Positions 1 to 8,597 of a DNA stretch of 64,000 nucleotides are shown in pieces (the first letter of the stretch is position 1; every line of letters starts with the position of its first letter). The position numbers and the translations under genes are program-made. This DNA comes from Candidatus Methylacidiphilales bacterium (GTDB lineage: Bacteria > Verrucomicrobiota > Verrucomicrobiia > Methylacidiphilales > JANWVL01), in NCBI GenBank assembly GCA_025056655.1, contig JANWVL010000045.1:48-64047 (forward strand). Direction: 5' to 3'. The notes under the pieces are model-generated. The model worked only from the letters and a program-made list of their open reading frames with translations. It searched no databases and was not told the origin of the DNA.

Positions 1-1
1 T

Positions 2-2722
2 CCTCCGCCCCGAATCGTAGCTCCAAAGAATGTTGAAGGTTATCTTGGTCTAGCCATTGATCCAGTGCAGTTCAGAAATAACAGTGGCCAAGCGACTCGC
101 TGGAACGCAGTGGGTTTGCCCAACGGGCTAACTATCGACTCCTCGACGGGAATTGTGACTGGAACACCAAGTGTGGCCGGTATCTTCAATGCTATGATTC
201 TTGCAGAGAACGACCAAGGCGTTAGCCGTTTTAACTCCATTTTCAAAATTTCGGCTCGTCCAGATTTAAGAGGCCCCGAAATCGTTGTTCTGAAGCTCAA
301 TGAAGCCATGCAACCCGTAGTTGCGACAAATATGGGTGGAGAGGTCAATCAATGGATTCTGCGAGATAAGCCAGATTGGATGGAATTCGATGCACGCACG
401 GGACAAATCACAGGCATTCCCACTAGACTTGGGACATTTCCTGTTTTTCTAACCGCAAAAAATCCCGTAGGTGAAAGCACACTTAGGATAGAATTTGTTG
501 TTCAACTTGCAGCTCCTGTTATCACCTCGCCACTCACTGCTACAGGTGTCGAAGGCAACTCGTTTGTGTATTCTGTGCAAGCTGAAAATGCAACCTCTGT
601 GTCGGTGTTGTCTCTTCCTGCCAATCTCAGATTTGATGTCAACACGCGCACCATCACGGGTATCCCTGCGGCAGCGGGTCAATATTCCGTCACTTTAGTC
701 GCAACAAACCAAAGCGCGACAACCGAAAAAGTTCTTAGATTGATGATTCTCCCGCAAGTCCCTGAAATCACAAGTCCATCTACATGGGTCATCCGCCAAG
801 GCGTTTTTAGTTCATTCCAAATCACTACTCTACGTCCGGCCACTCGTTTTTCAGCTACCGGTCTACCTCCAGGCCTCATTCTTGATCCTGCCACAGGTCG
901 CATTCAAGGAAGCATTACCACCCGAGGCACATATCAGGTGAATGTCTTTGCCGCAAATAGTGGGGGAGAAAGTTATCAAGCGCTCACCATACACGTCACT
1001 GAACCCGAAGACTCATCACTGACGCCACCCGTGATCACGACACCTGATACTATTCAAGGAGTCCTGGGCAGTGCTTTCGGCTTTGCCATTAATACAGAAG
1101 GCGAAGTGACGCGCTACGATGCTACCGGACTTCCGCCTGGCCTTTCAGTAAACAACCGAACGGGTTATATCCTTGGCACACCTGAAGCGGTGGGGACTTA
1201 CGAAGTTAAACTCATCGCAAGTAACCGCGCAGGCACAACTGTTAAAAATCTCACCATCACAATCGTAAACCAAACCGTAGCCATTATCTCAACCCCCGTT
1301 CCCATGCCCACTCCCACTCCTAATCCTCCACCCGCTGCCAATTTCGGCTCCCCAAGGCTGACTGCGCCATCCCTACCCTCCTCCCAGCCGACAACCCGAA
1401 CGTTTCCGGAAGAAGCTGCTCTAAAGGATCAAGAAATCAATCTTCGACCTGCCTCAAGATCTTCAACAAATCAACGCCCTCCGCTAACTCCCAAGCCGAC
1501 GCCTGATATTCAACTCAAAGCCACAGACCCCAAGGACAAAAACGACGGGGAAAAAGGAAATCAAAAGAGCAACACCAAAGTTGACTCTAGCAAGCTTGCT
1601 ACTGAAGCTCCTGTAATAGTGAGTCCATCGAACGTCTCTGGGGTTGTTGGGCAGCCGCTCACTTATCAGATCCGGACTCAAGCGCCCGCGTTGACCTATA
1701 ACTTCAAAGGACGACTTCCTGAAGGATTAGTCATGGATGAAGGCACTGGAATCATCCGTGGCACGCCCCAAGAATCCGGCACCTTTACAGTGACTGTAGC
1801 TGCCTTCAATGCCAAGGGCAACTCTGCAAAAGCCGTCACATTTACCATCAGCAAGCCTCCTGCCCCCACAATTATAAGTGAGGAAATCAAACGAGGTTTC
1901 GTTAATCAGCCTTTCGATTATCAAATCCGTGCCACAGGCAATCCTACTGGTTTCCAAATAGATGGTGCCCTACCCGATGGATTGACGTTTGACGCCAAAA
2001 CAGCTCGCATCTCAGGCACTCCACGAAAGGAAGGTCGTCATGAGGTGAACATGATTGCCATCAATGCCGGCGGCAAGTCTGAAAAGCCATTGATCATTCA
2101 CATAAGCAAATCTCCGCCTCCCGAAATAAAAACAATCTCAAGCTTAGCTTCGGAGCTTGGTAAGCGGTTCGAACAAAAAATCGAAGCCGATCAAGAAATT
2201 AAAACCTTCCTCATAGATGGAAAACTTCCCAAAGGCCTTCAATTCGACCGCCGCAATGGCATTCTATCGGGAACGCCAGAAGAATCAGGCCTATTCAATT
2301 TCGAAATCAAAGCCGTGAATGAAGCCGGCACTGGTGCAAAGAAATTCACACTCCGTGTAGTGGCGCCGACCCCACCTCGAATTATCAGTTCTCCCGTCAT
2401 ACGTGGACAAGTCAATCGCTCTTTGAGCTACGTCATTCGAGTAAACTTCAATGCCGACAGCTTTTCAATCATTGGAGAACTTCCAAGCGGCCTACAGCTC
2501 GATGAAAAACAAGGAGTAATCAGTGGACGACCTCGGACTGCAGGCACAAGCTCAGCCACACTCATTGCTTACTCGTCTGCTGATAATTCGAAAGCCGAGC
2601 TTCTTCTGACATTTAAAATCGAGGAAGACACCTCTCGTCCTATTCGATACAAACCTATTCAAGATATATTAAATGAAATTCTCCAAGACGAACCCCCTCC
2701 TGTAGCCTTTCATAAGCCCTAA
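2..2722 (+). CDS. Large surface protein built from tandem putative-Ig / cadherin-like (dystroglycan-type) repeats; the 5' end lies outside the window
   Basis: The ORF track starts at an internal GTG (65), but the same frame is stop-free back to nt 2. The upstream residues (PPPRIVAPKNVEGYLGLAIDPVQF) continue the repeat. About nine ~90-aa repeats each end in the signature LP.GL..D..TG.I.GTP...G.Y.V. A ~110-aa Pro/Thr/Ser/Lys-rich linker (aa ~405-515) separates two repeat blocks. Confidence 0.8.
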   Translation, partial: PPPRIVAPKNVEGYLGLAIDPVQFRNNSGQATRWNAVGLPNGLTIDSSTGIVTGTPSVAGIFNAMILAENDQGVSRFNSIFKISARPDLRGPEIVVLKLNEAMQPVVATNMGGEVNQWILRDKPDWMEFDARTGQITGIPTRLGTFPVFLTAKNPVGESTLRIEFVVQLAAPVITSPLTATGVEGNSFVYSVQAENATSVSVLSLPANLRFDVNTRTITGIPAAAGQYSVTLVATNQSATTEKVLRLMILPQVPEITSPSTWVIRQGVFSSFQITTLRPATRFSATGLPPGLILDPATGRIQGSITTRGTYQVNVFAANSGGESYQALTIHVTEPEDSSLTPPVITTPDTIQGVLGSAFGFAINTEGEVTRYDATGLPPGLSVNNRTGYILGTPEAVGTYEVKLIASNRAGTTVKNLTITIVNQTVAIISTPVPMPTPTPNPPPAANFGSPRLTAPSLPSSQPTTRTFPEEAALKDQEINLRPASRSSTNQRPPLTPKPTPDIQLKATDPKDKNDGEKGNQKSNTKVDSSKLATEAPVIVSPSNVSGVVGQPLTYQIRTQAPALTYNFKGRLPEGLVMDEGTGIIRGTPQESGTFTVTVAAFNAKGNSAKAVTFTISKPPAPTIISEEIKRGFVNQPFDYQIRATGNPTGFQIDGALPDGLTFDAKTARISGTPRKEGRHEVNMIAINAGGKSEKPLIIHISKSPPPEIKTISSLASELGKRFEQKIEADQEIKTFLIDGKLPKGLQFDRRNGILSGTPEESGLFNFEIKAVNEAGTGAKKFTLRVVAPTPPRIISSPVIRGQVNRSLSYVIRVNFNADSFSIIGELPSGLQLDEKQGVISGRPRTAGTSSATLIAYSSADNSKAELLLTFKIEEDTSRPIRYKPIQDILNEILQDEPPPVAFHKP

Positions 2723-2780
2723 GCCTTAACCAGGCCTAAAAAAAATCGCATCTGGCCACTGATTAGGCCATTGTATTTCA

Positions 2781-4382
2781 ATGGCAATTCAAACAGACAG
2801 CCCGCCTCCACAGGCGCCGTCCTCAATCAAAACCTCATATCGCGCAAGCGGGTATTATCTTCCTCGTCTATTGGGACTGATTTATGCCTTTGCCTTTTTT
2901 TCCTGGGCTTACCAATGGCAAGGTTTAGTAGGCGACAAAGGGATTCTTCCAGCCCATGAACTCATCGAAAATATCAGGGCGTTTGAGCAAAGAAAAAAGC
3001 GCTCCCTCTGGCTACAATATCCGACCATATTTCGCTTAGGCCATCTACATGAAAAAATAGGACTACTCTCTGTGATGGGCGGCGTGCTTGGTCTCTTAGT
3101 TTTTATCGGGCTCACGCCAGGACCTGCATTATTTATCCTCTGGGCTCTTTATCTTTCGATCGTAACCGTAGGTGACATCTTCATGAACTATCAGTGGGAC
3201 ATCTTCCTGCTGGAGGCTGGATTCATCGGGATTTTCTATGCCTCATGGAAAGGAGGAAAAGGCTGGAGAGCTTTTTGCGCGCGTAGAGATTACGATCCTC
3301 CGCCTGCTGCTGTCTTTCTTATGCACTGGCTCATCTTCCGAATCATGTTTCAGTCAGGGGCTGTCAAAATTTTAGGTGGCGATACAAGCTGGATCGATTT
3401 GACAGCGTTGACTTACCATTACGAGACACAACCTCTACCCCACGTAGGAGGCTGGTTAGCTCATCAACTTCCTCTCTGGATGGACCAACTGAGCTGTCTG
3501 ATGATGCATGGTATCGAGCTGATTCTGCCTGTAGCAGTTTTCTGCGGCGCGATTGCTCGACGTTGGGCAGCTTACGGGTTCATAGTGCTCATGGCAGCGG
3601 TCTTCTTCACTGGAAACTACAACTTTTTTAACCTGCTTACCGCTACTGTCGCGCTGAGTCTTTTAGACGATCAAGCTTGGCCGGTGAAACGATTGAAAAA
3701 ATTTCACGCTGCATGTTTTGATAGGCCAGTTCGCTCTCCTTGGAGTCTGGCCTGTTGGCCTAGTCTAATATTCGCGCCGGTGGCTATCTTGCTCACTCTC
3801 ATAGCTGCAGATCAATCCTTCAGCTATCGAGTGCAAGGCTACACGCGGGTTTTTCCGCAACCTTTTCACGAGCTCTACCAGCATTTTAGCGGGCTGCGCA
3901 GCTTTAATGCTTACGGGCTATTTCAATCGATGACGAAAATGCGAGATGAGGTCATCTTGGAAGTGAGCTCAGACGGAACAACGTGGCATGAGCTTGAATG
4001 CAAATACAAGCCGGGGAATCCATATCGAATGCCCGCCTTTGTAGCGCCGCACCAGCCAAGGCTAGATTGGCAGATGTGGTTCGCAGCTCTGGTTCCAGAT
4101 GGGTTTCAATGGCCTCGCGATGCGCATCGAAGTTCCCCTCTTTATTGGTTCACGAAAATGACTCAAGGACTTCTACAGCATAAACTAGAGATTTGGGCTT
4201 TATTTGGTAAACCACCGATTGAAATCCGTGAGGTGCGCTTTATTCGGGCTCTACGCTACCGTTACCGAATGTCGGATCTAGCAACCCTTCTATATGAGCG
4301 ACGCTGGTGGGAGAGAGAATATGTAGGAATCTTTATGCCAGCGGTTTCACTTCGAAATTCAAATACCGAGGCGCCACAGTAG
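2781..4382 (+). CDS. Lipase maturation factor (LMF1/TMEM112-like) family polytopic membrane protein
   Basis: 533-aa multi-TM ORF. It carries FMNYQWDIFLLEAGF and YHYETQPLP motifs, which I recognise from the LMF family. Confidence 0.7.
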   Translation: MAIQTDSPPPQAPSSIKTSYRASGYYLPRLLGLIYAFAFFSWAYQWQGLVGDKGILPAHELIENIRAFEQRKKRSLWLQYPTIFRLGHLHEKIGLLSVMGGVLGLLVFIGLTPGPALFILWALYLSIVTVGDIFMNYQWDIFLLEAGFIGIFYASWKGGKGWRAFCARRDYDPPPAAVFLMHWLIFRIMFQSGAVKILGGDTSWIDLTALTYHYETQPLPHVGGWLAHQLPLWMDQLSCLMMHGIELILPVAVFCGAIARRWAAYGFIVLMAAVFFTGNYNFFNLLTATVALSLLDDQAWPVKRLKKFHAACFDRPVRSPWSLACWPSLIFAPVAILLTLIAADQSFSYRVQGYTRVFPQPFHELYQHFSGLRSFNAYGLFQSMTKMRDEVILEVSSDGTTWHELECKYKPGNPYRMPAFVAPHQPRLDWQMWFAALVPDGFQWPRDAHRSSPLYWFTKMTQGLLQHKLEIWALFGKPPIEIREVRFIRALRYRYRMSDLATLLYERRWWEREYVGIFMPAVSLRNSNTEAPQ

Positions 4383-4385
4383 GAA

Positions 4386-5159
4386 CTATTTTTTAACAGG
4401 GCGTTGGCTGATCCAGAGACAGAGCCCCAACATAAGAGCATCGATTACGGTCAAAATCAAAATGCAGCTCGACCAGCTTGGCCAAGGCTGCGTCTCGGGA
4501 AGCATCACGTGTCGCAATGCAGCAATCGCATAGTGTAGCGGATTGGCATGCATGATAAACTGCAGTATCGGCGAGGCACCTTCAGGAGGAAAAAGCCCGC
4601 CGGATAATACCCACATGGGCATGAGGATCAAATTCATTACTCCGTGATAACCTTGCACGGAATCCATTGGCCAAGCCGTTGCAAACCCCAAGCAAGCGAG
4701 GAACAGAGCGCTTAACGTTAAAACGAATAGAGCCGGCAGAATCATTTGGAATGTCCATGGGAAACCGCCAAGGTATGAAACCATGCCGAGCAGAGTGGCT
4801 TGAACAACTGCGAGTAGGACAGCTCCAAAAACCTTGCCCAAAACGATCGCAAGGCGAGGAATGGGTGCAGAGATCACGCTCTGCATGAATCCCTCATTCC
4901 GATCAGTAATGATCGAGATCGCTGAAAAGATCGAGGTAAACAACACCAAAAAAAGCATGGCACCCGGTAAAAAAAAGTGAAGAAACGGCAAGTGGCTTGC
5001 ATGCGGAGCTTGAAAAGAGCTTCCAATCCCGCTTCCTAGAAGGCTCCATAGGAGAAGTGGTGTGCCAAATGCACCAATGATCCGTGTGGGTTGCCGTAAA
5101 AAACGAACAATTTCACGATGCGCAATTGAGTATATTGGGAGGAAATATGCGTGAAACAT
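4386..5159 (-). CDS. ABC-2 type transporter permease
   Basis: 257-aa ORF with about six hydrophobic helices. It lies 5 bp downstream of, and co-oriented with, an ABC ATPase. The layout is typical of ABC-2 exporters. Confidence 0.75.
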   Translation of the reverse strand: MFHAYFLPIYSIAHREIVRFLRQPTRIIGAFGTPLLLWSLLGSGIGSSFQAPHASHLPFLHFFLPGAMLFLVLFTSIFSAISIITDRNEGFMQSVISAPIPRLAIVLGKVFGAVLLAVVQATLLGMVSYLGGFPWTFQMILPALFVLTLSALFLACLGFATAWPMDSVQGYHGVMNLILMPMWVLSGGLFPPEGASPILQFIMHANPLHYAIAALRHVMLPETQPWPSWSSCILILTVIDALMLGLCLWISQRPVKK

Positions 5160-5163
5160 GGAA

Positions 5164-6108
5164 TCAAACGGTAAATGTGTGCCCAGTCATTTTGAAAAAG
5201 ACGTCCTCAAGTGTGGGAGGTGAAATTGTGATGCTGTGCGACGTTCCATCAAGTGTTTGACGAATCCAGCGTGCAAGGCCCTCTGGATCTTCGTCTATAG
5301 GGCATTCGATTCGGAGATGCCGAGGATGATGTTGAAACCTGTAACGAAAACTTTCCGAAAACTGCATGACGAATTTTGATGGGAAATCCCCTTCCACACG
5401 TATAACATGGAATGGACACGATTTCTTAAGCTCAGAAGGTGCCCCATTGGCAACCAGATGACCCTGATCCAAGATGAGAACTTGATCTGCTTGCTCAGCT
5501 TCATCGGTAAAATGAGTAGTCATGAAGACTAGGATCTTTTCTTCAGACACCAGGCGTCGCAGTAGATCCATTAGATCACGTCGTGCAATCGGATCGAGCC
5601 CAGTGGACGGCTCATCTAAAAGAAGTAATCGAGGTTGAGCCAGTAGTGTCTTAGCGATCTCAGCGCGTCGGGCTATACCACCCGACAACGTCTCGACTTT
5701 GGCATGCGCATAGTCCTGTATTTTCAGGGCATCGAGCAAAAAACGTGATCGTTGTAGGAATATGCTGTCCTTAATTCCGAAGAGCCATGCATGATAACGC
5801 ATGTTCTCCAAAACGGTGAGTTTTTTATCGAGGCTTGGATTTTGGAAGACGACGCCTAGCACGGCACGCCAGGGTTGGAGCGGTGGACGAAGAGAAACTG
5901 CTGGTCGATCGTGGAGCTCAAGTGTGGCCTCACCTTCTTGCAAAGGAAGGTGTGTGGCAAGGATATTGAATAGGGTGCTTTTGCCCGATCCATTCGGACC
6001 GAGAAGGGCAGTGATGGCCTTACCTGAAATTTTTGCAGTGAGCTGATGTAGAGCCGCTTTGTCTCTGTATCTGTAACTGACGGCCTTGAGCAAAAGGGAA
6101 CAGGCCAT
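5164..6108 (-). CDS. ABC transporter ATP-binding protein (DrrA/ABC-2 exporter type)
   Basis: Walker A GPNGSGKST, signature LSGGIARR and Walker B LLLLDEPSTGLD, plus a C-terminal extension. Confidence 0.9.
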   Translation of the reverse strand: MACSLLLKAVSYRYRDKAALHQLTAKISGKAITALLGPNGSGKSTLFNILATHLPLQEGEATLELHDRPAVSLRPPLQPWRAVLGVVFQNPSLDKKLTVLENMRYHAWLFGIKDSIFLQRSRFLLDALKIQDYAHAKVETLSGGIARRAEIAKTLLAQPRLLLLDEPSTGLDPIARRDLMDLLRRLVSEEKILVFMTTHFTDEAEQADQVLILDQGHLVANGAPSELKKSCPFHVIRVEGDFPSKFVMQFSESFRYRFQHHPRHLRIECPIDEDPEGLARWIRQTLDGTSHSITISPPTLEDVFFKMTGHTFTV

Positions 6109-6134
6109 GAGAAGAATCCGACGATGTATGGCTC

Positions 6135-6470
6135 TCAGGATTTTGGCAACACAGAGGTAACAGCAGCTTTTTGGATCTCTAGTTTTACCGAGTCGTCTAC
6201 TTTTACGATGAAGGTTTTATCTTTGATGTTGGTGACGTGCCCGAGGATACCGTTGCAGAAGACGATATTATCCCCGATCTTGATATCGGCGATCATTTTT
6301 TCTTGAGCTTTTCGTGCCTTGATTGAGGGACGAATGAGAAGAAAATAAAAGATCAGAAAAAAGAGTAGTAGCTGAACGATCAGCGTGTAGGCCGGCGGGC
6401 CTGAAGGCACAGTGGGATCCGGGACGGGAGCAGGATTAGCCGCTTGTGCGAGATATAAGAGGTTGTTCAT
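6135..6470 (-). CDS. yajC: Preprotein translocase subunit YajC
   Basis: 111 aa with a single TM followed by IRPSIKARKAQEKMIADIKIGDNIVFCNGILGHV, the YajC core. The start overlaps the tgt stop by 4 bp (ATGA). Confidence 0.85.
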   Translation of the reverse strand: MNNLLYLAQAANPAPVPDPTVPSGPPAYTLIVQLLLFFLIFYFLLIRPSIKARKAQEKMIADIKIGDNIVFCNGILGHVTNIKDKTFIVKVDDSVKLEIQKAAVTSVLPKS

Positions 6471-7636
6471 GGTTCTCTCTCATTAGGCACGGAATAAGTT
6501 TTTGTAAAGGCTTCCCGAAATGCTGAGAACGTGCCTTGAGCCAAGGTTTCACGAATTTTGCGCGTTAATTCTAGATAGAATGCAAGGTTGTGATAGGTGG
6601 TGAGATATTGAGCAAGCATCTCACCAGCACGGAAGAGATGATGGACATAACCTCGGCTGTAGCGCATGCATACTGCACAAGCACAGGAAGGATCAATTGG
6701 ATCGTGTGAAAGTGCATGAACGCTGCGTTTAAGATTGATAGGACCGCAGCTGGTGTAGGCAGTGCCATGCCGTGCCATGCGTGTGGGCAGGACGCAATCG
6801 AACATGTCTACACCACGAGCGACGAGCTCGACTATTTGGTGCGGATGGCCTAGCCCCATTGTGTAGCGGGCTTTATCTGGAGGAAGATGGGGAATGGTTA
6901 ACTCGACGGCTCGATACATTTCCTCCTGCGGTTCACCCACGCTGACGCCGCCGATGGCGTAGCTATCGAAATCTTTTTCAACGAGGGATTGTGCGCAGTG
7001 CGCTCGCAAAGTGGGGTTGCTGCCTCCTTGAACGATGCCGAAAAGAAGTGGGCGAGGTAGAGATTGTGGTTCGATATTTTCTTTTTGCAGAAGCTGCGGC
7101 CAGATTTGGCGGGCTTGTTGGGCCCAACTTAGCGTCAGCATAACGGCTTCGCGCATTTGTATCGGAGGTGCATCCCACGGTGGACAGACGTCTAGCACCA
7201 TAGCGATATCGGAGCCGATTGCGCGCTGCATTTCAAGCGCTTCACGTGGGCCGAGAAAAAACGGCGCTCCGTTGACGTGGGACTGGAAATGGACGCCATC
7301 GCAAGAGATTTTTCTGAGGCGGGCTAGGCTGAAGACTTGGTAGCCGCCGCTATCTGTGAGGATTGGGCGCGGCCATTGCATGAAGGTATGAAGGCCGCCG
7401 AAATGCTCTATGATGGATTTGCCAGGACGAATAAGGAGGTGGTAGGTGTTGGCTAAGATGATAGGGGTATTGAGTTGTAGAAGATCATGAGAGGGGATGC
7501 CTTTGACGGTGCCCTGCGTGCCTACGGGCATGAAAATTGGCGTTGGTATCGTGCCATGAGGGGTGATAAGCTCGCCGAGTCTTGCTTGGGATGTGCGGTC
7601 GGTGGTGATGACGCGAAATGGGCTGGGAGCAGGCAT
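6467..7636 (-). CDS. tgt: tRNA-guanine transglycosylase (queuine tRNA-ribosyltransferase)
   Basis: 389 aa. Motifs FMPVGTQGTVKG and LTDSGGYQVFSL are present. The zinc site is CACAVCMRYSRGYVHHL. Confidence 0.95.
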   Translation of the reverse strand: MPAPSPFRVITTDRTSQARLGELITPHGTIPTPIFMPVGTQGTVKGIPSHDLLQLNTPIILANTYHLLIRPGKSIIEHFGGLHTFMQWPRPILTDSGGYQVFSLARLRKISCDGVHFQSHVNGAPFFLGPREALEMQRAIGSDIAMVLDVCPPWDAPPIQMREAVMLTLSWAQQARQIWPQLLQKENIEPQSLPRPLLFGIVQGGSNPTLRAHCAQSLVEKDFDSYAIGGVSVGEPQEEMYRAVELTIPHLPPDKARYTMGLGHPHQIVELVARGVDMFDCVLPTRMARHGTAYTSCGPINLKRSVHALSHDPIDPSCACAVCMRYSRGYVHHLFRAGEMLAQYLTTYHNLAFYLELTRKIRETLAQGTFSAFREAFTKTYSVPNEREP

Positions 7637-7674
7637 TGAGTAGTAGGTTTTCGCGTCCCTTTTATTCCTGGGAT

Positions 7675-7935
7675 TTAAACGTAATCGCTGCTTTGAAGGC
7701 TTTGAGGTGGACGGGTGGCAAGATATTCTGCTTGTCGGACGACCCGTTCAGGCGTGGCGTCGAAGCGGTAGCTGTGACAAGTAGGGCAAGTAATGGTGTC
7801 GGCCGTAACGATGGAGTCACAGCCTTCGCAGACTTTGTATTTTTGGGCATGGGCGATGATTTGAGCGGCTCGTTGAGCCCTTTCGAGCATGATTTTCTCG
7901 AACTCCTTGGAATGAGGGGTGGGACTGGTGCCCAT
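7675..7935 (-). CDS. Small zinc-ribbon protein (hypothetical)
   Basis: 86-aa ORF with CEGC-x10-CPTC. It is co-oriented with its neighbours. The overlapping 152-aa alternative frame is low-complexity. Confidence 0.5.
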   Translation of the reverse strand: MGTSPTPHSKEFEKIMLERAQRAAQIIAHAQKYKVCEGCDSIVTADTITCPTCHSYRFDATPERVVRQAEYLATRPPQSLQSSDYV

Positions 7936-7953
7936 ATGTCTTTTGAAAGGGAC

Positions 7954-8340
7954 TTAGAGTAGTCCTTTTTCTCGCATTTCAGCCTCAATTTTAGCGGCTT
8001 CTGCAGCACGTTCGCTTTGCTTTTTGGCTTTCCAGGCTTCGTAGGATTTGCCATCGGCAGCGTCTTTGCCGGTGAAGGCAAGTGCGGTGATATCGGTGTA
8101 GGGAAAACGCTGTGAGGCATCTGATCCTTTTAGGAAGACATCAATGTAGGGTGGGGAAGCGAATTGGTTACGATTGTAGATGTAGCATTCGATGGTTTGG
8201 CCATTGCTTAAAGTGAGGGTGACGTCGCCCCGATAGTCGAAGGCCTTCTCAAGTATGGCTGCACGTTCTAGGTCATTGTTGAAAGTGTATGATTGCCCCT
8301 GAAGGGATCGGGGCGAGTTGTGTTGCTCGAAGCATTCCAT
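7954..8340 (-). CDS. Hypothetical protein with a Lys/Ala/Glu-rich C-terminal helix
   Basis: 128-aa ORF with ordinary amino-acid composition. It fills the gap between infA and the zinc-ribbon ORF. I recognise no family. Confidence 0.5.
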   Translation of the reverse strand: MECFEQHNSPRSLQGQSYTFNNDLERAAILEKAFDYRGDVTLTLSNGQTIECYIYNRNQFASPPYIDVFLKGSDASQRFPYTDITALAFTGKDAADGKSYEAWKAKKQSERAAEAAKIEAEMREKGLL

Positions 8341-8367
8341 AGAATGTGAGGGGGGGCGGGATGAAGC

Positions 8368-8583
8368 CTAACTTAATCTGTATAGAATGCGGCCTTTTTC
8401 GAGATCGTGGGGAGACATCTCGACCTTGACACGATCGCCTAGGGTGAGGCGAACGAAGTTTTTTCGCATTTTGCCCGAGATGTGGGCAAGGATATTGTGT
8501 TTGTTGGGTAGCTCAACCCGGAACATGGTGCCGGGGAGAACCGTAACGATCCGACCTTCGACTTGTATGTTTTGGGAGCTCAT
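8368..8583 (-). CDS. infA: Translation initiation factor IF-1
   Basis: 71 aa containing [59 protein letters not shown], a canonical S1-like IF-1 sequence. Confidence 0.97.
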   Translation of the reverse strand: MSSQNIQVEGRIVTVLPGTMFRVELPNKHNILAHISGKMRKNFVRLTLGDRVKVEMSPHDLEKGRILYRLS

Positions 8584-8597
8584 GTTGCTGTGAATAA

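Noticed and set aside
7662-8120. 152-aa minus-strand ORF spanning the two small genes
   Set aside because: Lys/Pro/Ser-rich low complexity. It overlaps two better-behaved ORFs (86 aa zinc ribbon and 128 aa) in a different frame.
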